From positions 10,602,001-10,666,000 of the forward strand of contig NW_025964334.1 in the NCBI RefSeq assembly GCF_023055435.1: a stretch of DNA of 64,000 bases, in the 5' to 3' direction. Positions within the stretch are counted from its first letter, which is position 1. Each line of letters starts with the position of its first letter. The notes under the pieces were generated by a model that had not been told where the DNA came from, ran no database searches, and worked only from the letters and a program-made list of their open reading frames with translations. Both the position numbers and the translations under genes were made by a program. This stretch comes from Haliotis rufescens. Lineage: Eukaryota. This document shows positions 50,934 to 64,000 of the stretch, piece by piece.

Positions 50934-52428
50934 TCATCTGGTTACACCTGACAGCTGGAAAAAGAGTAAATTTGCAAAAATTAGAACCGCAGTAGAGAGT
51001 ATTTAATCATGTAATATTCGAAGTTTTTTTTGCAGTCAAAATTTATCAATCACATTAAGAATCATTTGGGTCCTTGAAATGTTTCCCAACGAAATCAATT
51101 ATATTTTAGAATGCGTGTGGCCCAAGTGAGATCATGGCCAAGAGAACCTGAAGGAGAGTATGTTACATACCTGACAGACGAGCTTCTGTGCTGGTCGTTT
51201 GTTTTGGTAGGTCCAGGCTAAATCCAGAAGGGCTGGACCATGTCCCTGATTTTGACATCTCTGGACAAACTGCATACAGGCCGTTTGTAGGTCGGAGAAT
51301 CCAAATTCCACAGATGCACAGAGTAATCCTGAAAGAGCCGAGGACGTATTGTAATGTGTTTGATAAAATATCATCAAAAGGGTGAAGTTCATATTATGGA
51401 TAATTGTCTGTGTTTCGCTCATGTGTCATCAAGATTAGTGGTATGGGGATATTTTTGTGTTGAAATGAATATCCCATTTAAACAAATAAAGATAGTACTT
51501 ACCAACCACATTGTTAAAATCGATGTTAGCTTTCCCTGAGTGGACGAATTTGAGGAACGCCCGAAAGTCTCCAATCTGGTAGTCAGGAATGCTGATGGTG
51601 AGTTTCTGTGCAAAGGCTGAGTCTTTGATCTTTTTGGTCTTTGATCGTTCCAAGGAGGAGTGTTTCTGATGTTGAAGCAAAAGCTGATATAGGTACCTAG
51701 AGAAAAGAAAGAAACAAATTAAAGACGATAGTCATACACAACTAGTAAATGGTCCAAATATTGTTCTCATGTTGAGTACATTCACAGAGTATAAGAGCCA
51801 AACAGGCTCTACTTAAACATGCACTTATTATTGTCCTGACCTTTGTAATGGATTTGATTGTTTTCGAGAATATCTTACCTGCTTCGTGTAGCCATTATGG
51901 CTTTGACTCCATGAACAGGAGCCTTCTCCTTCCCAACGAGAAAGGTGACGTCACACATATCTGGCATGTTGAGGATGAGGGAGAGGCTGTCCTGTAAGTC
52001 CCCTGTGCTTCTAAGCATCATGACGTCTCCCCGACCGGAGGACTGTGAGGGGTGAGAGCGGCCTTGTGATGGGTTGGAACTGGATTGGCTGAACGATCTT
52101 GATTTTGAGGTCGTGCTCACGCCTTCATCAGAGGAGTAGTCGCTTGAGTCATAGCCTGACGAGGTACCTTCAGCTGGAATAAGAAAAGAAATCAGTTATG
52201 AAACAATATTCAATTTGTTGCAAATGTTATTAAAGCTGAGTGGTGTTTGATGAACAGAACGGGTAGTTGAAATATACTTTGAATAAAAACAACACCAATG
52301 AATTATTATCCTGATGTGATAAAAGTGAATAGTGCAAATGTCTCACCGTCTGCGTCATGACCACTGTGGTCAATAGTTTCCATGGCCGAAGAGGCCAGAA
52401 GACAAAGTCGGGAATCGTAATGATTCAT
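50934..52428 (-). CDS. BTB/POZ-domain protein, copy 9
   Basis: Same structure; frame intact. Confidence 0.87.
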
Positions 52429-54824
52429 GTTACTTGTTTTTAGATCTAAATAATAATGAAAGACAGAAATGATATTTGGCTAAACTCGACGAATCTAAAG
52501 AGCTAAGTATGTATCTCGATGTAATGTTTCCAAGAGTGGAATGCCTTCTTCCTGTAACAGAACAGCTTTATACCTTTGCGTATCACAACACAAATTACAG
52601 GGTCATTATTACAACTACATGTCACGATTAATTCAATGTTGACATGAAGGCTTCAGCTTAGCACATTTAGCTAGTGGCACGTGCTGCACTTGTGAATGAG
52701 ATGACATCACGTGACCAATCTAGTAAGTGTTCTACGGTAATGTCGTTTGTTGTCAAAACATCGACATAATATAATTAGGATGATAATGTGTTTCAGGTGT
52801 TTGATTATTTAAGGATTTACGATATCCGTGTTCATTTGCCGGTGTTAATTGGTATCTTGTTATAAAGCATCCATTTGTACACAAGTTAGATTTGATATGA
52901 GTGGAACTTTTAGATGCCCGTGATGTAGATGTAGTTACAGAATGTTGGTGGAATTATACACTATCTATCTGTATAAATATGTGAAACTTACTTGCACTTG
53001 AAATATACATGTTTAGCGTTATAGTTTCCACTGACTGAAGACAGTCATTGTAATTTCCTTATTGATATATAATTGAACTAAAATAGTTCTGTTATTGAAT
53101 TGTGTATAAACATAACTGATAGTTTTTTGTTTCAATTTTCCCAATTGCAAGTGTGACAACACAAAGTTAGAGTGTCAAATGTTGAAAGAGAGTGTTTTTT
53201 TTCTGGTGTGTGTATATGACACCCCGCTGTTTCCTTACAATTTGTGTTAGCCAAAGTCAATTCACCGTGTCACTCTTCAGGCAAAGAGTTTGCTAAACTG
53301 AACTTTATTGTACTCGGGATTACTCGTGACACATGACCGCATGATTTGAAACTGAGCGGAGGCGCAACGATTTGTTGAGTAGAGGGCTTGGCTATAGATG
53401 ATATACTCAGCGATGTGTATTTGTTTAATCATAACGGAATGTGTGATTGTACGGTTGCTGATAGATGTTGTAGACAGGCTAGTCAAGTGGTACATGTTTG
53501 CGTTTGAATTGACTGGCAATCAAGGCAGTTTGAGAAACAAACTTGCAACATATAACTAGAACCTTTGCGCTCACTGCTTCTGCACTTATATCCCATGCTG
53601 TATAGCTTGTAATGGATTGGCATCAACATAAGACATGGGCTTGTTTGCCAATCCAGTTGGATTTCAAGAAATAACTTTGTTTCAACTACTCTTAACTAAG
53701 CATTAACATCCAGCCTAATGAAGGCTTTAACTTTCCACAGTTTCTAATTATGGTTACATGCACGCTCACAAAAAATCTTATGTGTTGTATTGTCTCATTC
53801 GAACGGGTGAAATATCAAAGTTCATTGCAATTTACATGTGAGACATACATCACACCTAATTATATACAAATGAGCTAATGACATTAACATGCGTGTTCAA
53901 GTTCTTTTGATGAAGGAAGCTCTTTGCGCGCAGGTACAATTGGCACCAACATGTTCTTTATTTATAAGTTTAATATGCAGTATATCATGTAAATGTGGGA
54001 GGAAAGCCGATAATGGTGCACAACTTTGGTGAAACCGATGTGCAGGGTTTATTGCTGGCAAACTGAGAATCATAATCAGAGTGGATCTAGTTTCAAACCA
54101 ACAACCATAGGATTCTTGACCATCTAAAGGACGCAAGTGTGCATTAAGAAATGCGGCGCTCTAGGCCACACCTGTCAACGTTGAAAATGAACGGAAACAT
54201 ATTTTGTATATTTGAACTATTTTATTTTCTGGCAAAATCGCAATTCAGATAAAATCGCAGTTCCAGGAATGCTCAGTGTAATCTATTATATGATAATACA
54301 CGTTCTTGCAGGTATTGTATCTGTTTCATTGTTACAACTTGAACGGTCACCTTGCGAGCAAGGTGAAAATGTTAAACTTAAACAGGTTCATATTTTCTGC
54401 CAATATTGTTTAATGAACATAGTAATGCATAACTTGTGTCGCGATGTTTACACACAAGCACACTGACACTGACAAGTAACATTAGTACAATGACACTGTT
54501 AAGCACGTGTCGGTATGCTTTGTTCCTTCACACAAACAACAACGTACAATGTGCAAGTCAAGCATCATGTCTGACAATGCTATCGTCTTCACACAGAGAG
54601 TGTCTTGATGACTTTATCTTCGTCTTCGTCAACCCCAACCTTGTGGCGCTCTAAACGTTATGGGACTGAGCGACAGTGACTGATGTCTTCTTCTTGGCGT
54701 CGTCTTCGTCGTCTTGGACAACAGGCTTGCTGCTGTTGGTTCATCCTCTTGTTGGGGAACTGTGAGTATAGTGTGGATATTGATCCTACTGTTTGGAACC
54801 TTCTTGTAAGTTCGGTTGATCTTT

Positions 54825-56318
54825 TCATCTGGTTACACCTGACAGCTGGAAGAGAGTAAATTTGCAAAAATTAGAACCGCAGTAGAGAGTATTTAATCAT
54901 GTAATATTCGAAGTTTTTTTTGCAGTCAAAATTTATCAATCACATTAAGAATCATTTGGGTCCTTGAAATGTTTCCCAACGAAATCAATTATATTTTAGA
55001 ATGCGTGTGGCCCAAGTGAGATCATGGCCAAGAGAACCTGAAGGAGAGTATGTTACATACCTGACAGACGAGCTTCTGTGCTGGTCGTTTGTTTTGGTAG
55101 GTCCAGGCTAAATCCAGAAGGGCTGGACCATGTCCCTGATTTTGACATCTCTGGACAAACTGCATACAGGCCGTTTGTAGGTCGGAGAATCCAAATTCCA
55201 CAGATGCACAGAGTAATCCTGAAAGAGCCGAGGACGTATTGTAATGTGTTTGATAAAATATCATCAAAAGGGTGAAGTTCATATTATGGATAATTGTCTG
55301 TGTTTCGCTCATGTGTCATCAAGATTAGTGGTATGGGGATATTTTTGTGTTGAAATGAATATCCCATTTAAACAAATAAAGATAGTACTTACCAACCACA
55401 TTGTTAAAATCGATGTTAGCTTTCCCTGAGTGGACGAATTTGAGGAACGCCCGAAAGTCTCCAATCTGGTAGTCAGGAATGCTGATGGTGAGTTTCTGTG
55501 CAAAGGCTGAGTCTTTGATCTTTTTGGTCTTTGATCGTTCCAAGGAGGAGTGTTTCTGATGTTGAAGCAAAAGCTGATATAGGTACCTAGAGAAAAGAAA
55601 GAAACAAATTAAAGACGATAGTCATACACAACTAGTAAATGGTCCAAATATTGTTCTCATGTTGAGTACATTCACAGAGTATAAGAGCCAAACAGGCTCT
55701 ACTTAAACATGCACTTATTATTGTCCTGACCTTTGTAATGGATTTGATTGTTTTCGAGAATATCTTACCTGCTTCGTGTAGCCATTATGGCTTTGACTCC
55801 ATGAACAGGAGCCTTCTCCTTCCCAACGAGAAAGGTGACGTCACACATATCTGGCATGTTGAGGATGAGGGAGAGGCTGTCCTGTAAGTCCCCTGTGCTT
55901 CTAAGCATCATGACGTCTCCCCGACCGGAGGACTGTGAGGGGTGAGAGCGGCCTTGTGATGGGTTGGAACTGGATTGGCTGAACGATCTTGATTTTGAGG
56001 TCGTGCTCACGCCTTCATCAGAGGAGTAGTCGCTTGAGTCATAGCCTGACGAGGTACCTTCAGCTGGAATAAGAAAAGAAATCAGTTATGAAACAATATT
56101 CAATTTGTTGCAAATGTTATTAAAGCTGAGTGGTGTTTGATGAACAGAACGGGTAGTTGAAATATACTTTGAATAAAAACAACACCAATGAATTATTATC
56201 CTGATGTGATAAAAGTGAATAGTGCAAATGTCTCACCGTCTGCGTCATGACCACTGTGGTCAATAGTTTCCATGGCCGAAGAGGCCAGAAGACAAAGTCG
56301 GGAATCGTAATGATTCAT
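54825..56318 (-). CDS. BTB/POZ-domain protein, copy 10
   Basis: Same structure; frame intact. Confidence 0.87.
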
Positions 56319-58714
56319 GTTACTTGTTTTTAGATCTAAATAATAATGAAAGACAGAAATGATATTTGGCTAAACTCGACGAATCTAAAGAGCTAAGTAT
56401 GTATCTCGATGTAATGTTTCCAAGAGTGGAATGCCTTCTTCCTGTAACAGAACAGCTTTATACCTTTGCGTATCACAACACAAATTACAGGGTCATTATT
56501 ACAACTACATGTCACGATTAATTCAATGTTGACATGAAGGCTTCAGCTTAGCACATTTAGCTAGTGGCACGTGCTGCACTTGTGAATGAGATGACATCAC
56601 GTGACCAATCTAGTAAGTGTTCTACGGTAATGTCGTTTGTTGTCAAAACATCGACATAATATAATTAGGATGATAATGTGTTTCAGGTGTTTGATTATTT
56701 AAGGATTTACGATATCCGTGTTCATTTGCCGGTGTTAATTGGTATCTTGTTATAAAGCATCCATTTGTACACAAGTTAGATTTGATATGAGTGGAACTTT
56801 TAGATGCCCGTGATGTAGATGTAGTTACAGAATGTTGGTGGAATTATACACTATCTATCTGTATAAATATGTGAAACTTACTTGCACTTGAAATATACAT
56901 GTTTAGCGTTATAGTTTCCACTGACTGAAGACAGTCATTGTAATTTCCTTATTGATATATAATTGAACTAAAATAGTTCTGTTATTGAATTGTGTATAAA
57001 CATAACTGATAGTTTTTTGTTTCAATTTTCCCAATTGCAAGTGTGACAACACAAAGTTAGAGTGTCAAATGTTGAAAGAGAGTGTTTTTTTTCTGGTGTG
57101 TGTATATGACACCCCGCTGTTTCCTTACAATTTGTGTTAGCCAAAGTCAATTCACCGTGTCACTCTTCAGGCAAAGAGTTTGCTAAACTGAACTTTATTG
57201 TACTCGGGATTACTCGTGACACATGACCGCATGATTTGAAACTGAGCGGAGGCGCAACGATTTGTTGAGTAGAGGGCTTGGCTATAGATGATATACTCAG
57301 CGATGTGTATTTGTTTAATCATAACGGAATGTGTGATTGTACGGTTGCTGATAGATGTTGTAGACAGGCTAGTCAAGTGGTACATGTTTGCGTTTGAATT
57401 GACTGGCAATCAAGGCAGTTTGAGAAACAAACTTGCAACATATAACTAGAACCTTTGCGCTCACTGCTTCTGCACTTATATCCCATGCTGTATAGCTTGT
57501 AATGGATTGGCATCAACATAAGACATGGGCTTGTTTGCCAATCCAGTTGGATTTCAAGAAATAACTTTGTTTCAACTACTCTTAACTAAGCATTAACATC
57601 CAGCCTAATGAAGGCTTTAACTTTCCACAGTTTCTAATTATGGTTACATGCACGCTCACAAAAAATCTTATGTGTTGTATTGTCTCATTCGAACGGGTGA
57701 AATATCAAAGTTCATTGCAATTTACATGTGAGACATACATCACACCTAATTATATACAAATGAGCTAATGACATTAACATGCGTGTTCAAGTTCTTTTGA
57801 TGAAGGAAGCTCTTTGCGCGCAGGTACAATTGGCACCAACATGTTCTTTATTTATAAGTTTAATATGCAGTATATCATGTAAATGTGGGAGGAAAGCCGA
57901 TAATGGTGCACAACTTTGGTGAAACCGATGTGCAGGGTTTATTGCTGGCAAACTGAGAATCATAATCAGAGTGGATCTAGTTTCAAACCAACAACCATAG
58001 GATTCTTGACCATCTAAAGGACGCAAGTGTGCATTAAGAAATGCGGCGCTCTAGGCCACACCTGTCAACGTTGAAAATGAACGGAAACATATTTTGTATA
58101 TTTGAACTATTTTATTTTCTGGCAAAATCGCAATTCAGATAAAATCGCAGTTCCAGGAATGCTCAGTGTAATCTATTATATGATAATACACGTTCTTGCA
58201 GGTATTGTATCTGTTTCATTGTTACAACTTGAACGGTCACCTTGCGAGCAAGGTGAAAATGTTAAACTTAAACAGGTTCATATTTTCTGCCAATATTGTT
58301 TAATGAACATAGTAATGCATAACTTGTGTCGCGATGTTTACACACAAGCACACTGACACTGACAAGTAACATTAGTACAATGACACTGTTAAGCACGTGT
58401 CGGTATGCTTTGTTCCTTCACACAAACAACAACGTACAATGTGCAAGTCAAGCATCATGTCTGACAATGCTATCGTCTTCACACAGAGAGTGTCTTGATG
58501 ACTTTATCTTCGTCTTCGTCAACCCCAACCTTGTGGCGCTCTAAACGTTATGGGACTGAGCGACAGTGACTGATGTCTTCTTCTTGGCGTCGTCTTCGTC
58601 GTCTTGGACAACAGGCTTGCTGCTGTTGGTTCATCCTCTTGTTGGGGAACTGTGAGTATAGTGTGGATATTGATCCTACTGTTTGGAACCTTCTTGTAAG
58701 TTCGGTTGATCTTT

Positions 58715-60207
58715 TCATCTGGTTACACCTGACAGCTGGAAGAGAGTAAATTTGCAAAAATTAGAACCGCAGTAGAGAGTATTTAATCATGTAATATTCG
58801 AAGTTTTTTTTGCAGTCAAAATTTATCAATCACATTAAGAATCATTTGGGTCCTTGAAATGTTTCCCAACGAAATCAATTAATTTTAGAATGCGTGTGGC
58901 CCAAGTGAGATCATGGCCAAGAGAACCTGAAGGAGAGTATGTTACATACCTGACAGACGAGCTTCTGTGCTGGTCGTTTGTTTTGGTAGGTCCAGGCTAA
59001 ATCCAGAAGGGCTGGACCATGTCCCTGATTTTGACATCTCTGGACAAACTGCATACAGGCCGTTTGTAGGTCGGAGAATCCAAATTCCACAGATGCACAG
59101 AGTAATCCTGAAAGAGCCGAGGACGTATTGTAATGTGTTTGATAAAATATCATCAAAAGGGTGAAGTTCATATTATGGATAATTGTCTGTGTTTCGCTCA
59201 TGTGTCATCAAGATAAGTGGTATGGGGATATTTTTGTGTTGAAATGAATATCCCATTTAAACAAATAAAGATAGTACTTACCAACCACATTGTTAAAATC
59301 GATGTTAGCTTTCCCTGAGTGGACGAATTTGAGGAACGCCCGAAAGTCTCCAATCTGGTAGTCAGGAATGCTGATGGTGAGTTTCTGTGCAAAGGCTGAG
59401 TCTTTGATCTTTTTGGTCTTTGATCGTTCAAAGGAGGAGTGTTTCTGATGTTGAAGCAAAAGCTGATATAGGTACCTAGAGAAAAGAAAGAAACAAATTA
59501 AAGACGATAGTCATACACAACTAGTAAATGGTCCAAATATTGTTCTCATGTTGAGTACATTCACAGAGTATAAGAGCCAAACAGGCTCTACTTAAACATG
59601 CACTTATTATTGTCCTGACCTTTGTAATGGATTTGATTGTTTTCGAGAATATCTTACCTGCTTCGTGTAGCCATTATGGCTTTGACTCCATGAACAGGAG
59701 CCTTCTCCTTCCCAACGAGAAAGGTGACGTCACACATATCTGGCATGTTGAGGATGAGGGAGAGGCTGTCCTGTAAGTCCCCTGTGCTTCTAAGCATCAT
59801 GACGTCTCCCCGACCGGAGGACTGTGAGGGGTGAGAGCGGCCTTGTGATGGGTTGGAACTGGATTGGCTGAACGATCTTGATTTTGAGGTCGTGCTCACG
59901 CCTTCATCAGAGGAGTAGTCGCTTGAGTCATAGCCTGACGAGGTACCTTCAGCTGGAATAAGAAAAGAAATCAGTTATGAAACAATATTCAATTTGTTGC
60001 AAATGTTATTAAAGCTGAGTGGTGTTTGATGAACAGAACGGGTAGTTGAAATATACTTTGAATAAAAACAACACCAATGAATTATTATCCTGATGTGATA
60101 AAAGTGAATAGTGCAAATGTCTCACCGTCTGCGTCATGACCACTGTGGTCAATAGTTTCCATGGCCGAAGAGGCCAGAAGACAAAGTCGGGAATCGTAAT
60201 GATTCAT
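58715..60207 (-). CDS. BTB/POZ-domain protein, copy 11 (L>F in SSLER)
   Basis: Same structure; one missense change in exon 3. Confidence 0.87.
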
Positions 60208-62603
60208 GTTACTTGTTTTTAGATCTAAATAATAATGAAAGACAGAAATGATATTTGGCTAAACTCGACGAATCTAAAGAGCTAAGTATGTATCTCGATG
60301 TAATGTTTCCAAGAGTGGAATGCCTTCTTCCTGTAACAGAACAGCTTTATACCTTTGCGTATCACAACACAAATTACAGGGTCATTATTACAACTACATG
60401 TCACGATTAATTCAATGTTGACATGAAGGCTTCAGCTTAGCACATTTAGCTAGTGGCACGTGCTGCACTTGTGAATGAGATGACATCACGTGACCAATCT
60501 AGTAAGTGTTCTACGTTAATGTCGTTTGTTGTCAAAACATCGACATAATATAATTAGGATGATAATGTGTTTCAGGTGTTTGATTATTTAAGGATTTACG
60601 ATATCCGTGTTCATTTGCCGGTGTTAATTGGTATCTTGTTATAAAGCATCCATTTGTACACAAGTTAGATTTGATATGAGTGGAACTTTTAGATGCCCGT
60701 GATGTAGATGTAGTTACAGAATGTTGGTGGAATTATACACTATCTATCTGTATAAATATGTGAAACTTACTTGCACTTGAAATATACATGTTTAGCGTTA
60801 TAGTTTCCACTGACTGAAGACAGTCATTGTAATTTCCTTATTGATATATAATTGAACTAAAATAGCACTGTTATTGAATTGTGTATAAACATAACTGATA
60901 GTTTTTGTTTCAATTTTCCCAATTGCAAGTGTGACAACACAAAGTTAGAGTGTCAAATGTTGAAAGAGAGCGGTTTTTTTTCTGGTGTGTGTATATGACA
61001 CCCTGCTGTTTCCTTACAATTTGTGTTAGCCAAAGTCAATTCACCGTGTCACTCTTCAGGCAAAGAGTTTGCTAAACTGAACTTTATTGTACTCGGGATT
61101 ACTCGTGACACATGACCGCATGATTTGAAACTGAGCGGAGGCGCAACGATTTGTTGAGTAGAGGGCTTGGCTATAGATGATATACTCAGCGATGTGTATT
61201 TGTTTAATCATAACGGAATGTGTGATTGTACGGTTGCTGATAGATGTTGTAGACAGGCTAGTCAAGTGGTACATGTTTGCGTTTGAATTGACTGGCAATC
61301 AAGGCAGTTTGAGAAACAAACTTGCAACATACAACTAGAACCTTTGCGCTCACTGCTTCTGCACTTATATCCCATGCTGTATAGCTTGTAATGGATTGGC
61401 ATCAACATAAGACATGGGCTTGTTTGCCAATCCAGTTGGATTTCAAGAAATAACTTTGTTTCAACTACTCTTAACTAAGCATTAACATCAAGCCTAATGA
61501 AGGCTTTAACTTTCCACAGTTTCTAATTATGGTTACATGCACGCTCACAAAAAATCTTATGTGTTGTATTGTCTCATTCGAACGGGTGAAATATCAAAGT
61601 TCATTGCAATTTACATGTGAGACATACATCACACCTAATTATATACAAATGAGCTAATGACATTAACATGCGTGTTCAAGTTCTTTTGATGAAGGAAGCT
61701 CTTTGCGCGCAGGTACAATTGGCACCAACATGTTCTTTATTTATAAGTTTAATATGCAGTATATCATGTAAATGTGGGAGGAAAGCCGATAATGGTGCGC
61801 AACTTTGGTGAAACCGATGTGCAGGGTTTATTGCTGGCAAACTGAGAATCATAATCAGAGTGGATCTAGTTTCAAACCAACAACCATAGGATTCTTGGCC
61901 ATCTAAAGGACGCAAGTGTGCATTAAGAAATGCGGCGCTCTAGGCCACACCTGTCAACGTTGAAAATGAACGGAAACATATTTTGTATTGTTGAACTATT
62001 TTATTTTCTGGCAAAATCGCAATTCAGATAAAATCGCAGTTCCAGGAATGCTCAGTGTAATCTATTATATGATAATACACGTTCTTGCAGGCATTGTATC
62101 TGATTCATTGTTACAACATGAACGGTCACCTTGCGAGCAAGGTGAAAATGTTAAACTTAAACAGGTTCATATTTTCTGCCAATATTGTTTAATGAACATA
62201 GTAATGCATAACTTGTGTCGCGATGTTTACACACAAGCACACTGACACTGACAAGTAACATTAGTACAATGACACTGTTAAGTACGTGTCGGTATGCTTT
62301 GTTCCTTCACACAAACAACAACGTACAATGTGCAAGTCAAGCATCATGTCTGACAATGCTATCGTCTTCACACAGAGAGTGTCTTGATGACTTTATCTTC
62401 GTCTTCGTCAACCCCAACCTTGTGACGCTCTAAACGTTATGGGACTGAGCGACAGTGACTGATGTCTTCTTCTTGGCGTCGTCTTCGTCGTCTTTGACAA
62501 CAGGCTTGCTGCTGTTGGTTCATCCTCTTGTTGGGGAACTGTGAGTATAGTGTGGATATTGATCCTACTGTTTGGAACCTTCTTGTAAGTTCGGTTGATC
62601 TTT

Positions 62604-63841
62604 TCATCTGGTTACACCTGACAGCTGGAAGAGAGTAAATTTGCAAAAATTAGAACCGCAGTAGAGAGTATTTAATCATGTAATATTCGAAGTTTTTTTT
62701 GCAGTCAAAATTTATCAATCACATTAAGAATCATTTGGGTCCTTGAAATGTTTCCCAACGAAATCAATTAATTTTAGAATGCGTGTGGCCCAAGTGAGAT
62801 CATGGCCAAGAGAACCTGAAGGAGAGTATGTTACATACCTGACAGACGAGCTTCTGTGCTGGTCGTTTGTTTTGGTAGGTCCAGGCTAAATCCAGAAGGG
62901 CTGGACCATGTCCCTGATTTTGACATCTCTGGACAAACTGCATACAGGCCGTTTGTAAGTCGGAGAATCCAAATTCCACAGATGCACAGAGTAATCCTGA
63001 AAGAGCCGAGGACGTATTGTAATTTGTTTGATAAAATATCATCAAAAGGGTGAAGTTCATATTATGGATAATTGTCTGTGTTTCGCTCATGTGTCATCAA
63101 GATTAGTGGTATGGGGATATTTTTGTGTTGAAATGAATATCCCATTTAAACAAATAAAGATAGTACTTACCAACCACATTGTTAAAATCGATGTTAGCTT
63201 TCCCTGAGTGGACGAATTTGAGGAACGCCCGAAAGTCTCCAATCTGGTAGTCAGGAATGCTGATGGTGAGTTTCTGTGCAAAGGCTGAGTCTTTGATCTT
63301 TTTGGTCTTTGATCGTTCCAAGGAGGAGTGTTTCTGATGTTGAAGCAAAAGCTGATATAGGTACCTAGAGAAAAGAAAGAAACAAATTAAAGACGATAGT
63401 CATACACAACTAGTAAATGGTCCAAATATTGTTCTCATGTTGAGTACATTCACAGAGTATAAGAGCCAAACAGGCTCTACTTAAACATGCACTTATTATT
63501 GTCCTGACCTTTGTAATGGATTTGATTGTTTTCGAGAATATCTTACCTGCTTCGTGTAGCCATTATGGCTTTGACTCCATGAACAGGAGCCTTCTCCTTC
63601 CCAACGAGAAAGGTGACGTCACACATATCTGGCATGTTGAGGATGAGGGAGAGGCTGTCCTGTAAGTCCCCTGTGCTTCTAAGCATCATGACGTCTCCCC
63701 GACCGGAGGACTGTGAGGGGTGAGAGCGGCCTTGTGATGGGTTGGAACTGGATTGGCTGAACGATCTTGATTTTGAGGTCGTGCTCACGCCTTCATCAGA
63801 GGAGTAGTCGCTTGAGTCATAGCCTGACGAGGTACCTTCAG
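62604..63841 (-). CDS. BTB/POZ-domain protein, copy 12 (exons 2-5; exon 1 lies beyond the window)
   Basis: Exons 2-5 are intact; the window ends in intron 1. Confidence 0.82.
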
Positions 63842-64000
63842 CTGGAATAAGAAAAGAAATCAGTTATGAAACAATATTCAATTTGTTGCAAATGTTATTA
63901 AAGCTGAGTGGTGTTTGATGAACAGAACGGGTAGTTGAAATATACTTTGAATAAAAACAACACCAATGAATTATTATCCTGATGTGATAAAAGTGAATAG

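Larger units (their letters stand above)
18574..64000. repeat. Head-to-tail tandem array of ~3,890 bp gene-containing units (11 full + 1 partial, continues beyond window)
   Basis: The identical exon-2 ORF recurs at 20993, 24884, 28775, 32666, 36556, 40446, 44337, 48229, 52120, 56010, 59899 and 63788 (spacing 3889-3892). Units differ only by scattered SNPs and 1-bp indels. Confidence 0.98.

Overview
Eukaryotic (metazoan) genomic DNA. The SINE families suggest a mollusc, most likely an abalone-type gastropod; this is recalled, not searched. The window has two halves. (1) 1-18.5 kb is a repeat-dense region with no convincing host gene. It holds at least three SINE families sharing one 3' tail, LINE fragments (CR1/L2-type and R4/Dong-type), a 3'-truncated DD34E Tc1 transposon, a 2.5 kb 33-34 bp minisatellite, a ~930 bp (ACT)n-containing tandem unit with N gaps, and a CTCF/NRF1/E-box motif cluster. 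(2) From a (TA)~40 tract at ~18.57 kb to the window end runs a head-to-tail array of near-identical 3,889-3,892 bp units: 11 full units and a 12th cut off by the window edge. Each unit carries a complete, compact minus-strand gene that the ORF track only shows in pieces. It has a TATA box with an initiator at +30, two CACGTG E-boxes plus a CCAAT box, four GT-AG introns with consistent phases, and a ~249 aa product. The product has an acidic/Ser-rich N-terminus with an SSGYDS degron-like motif, then a serine-enriched-protein (gprs)-like BTB/POZ domain, and no substrate-binding domain. I saw no disabling mutation in any copy, and SNPs show mosaic haplotypes. This recently amplified, concertedly evolving BTB-only gene array is the main finding.
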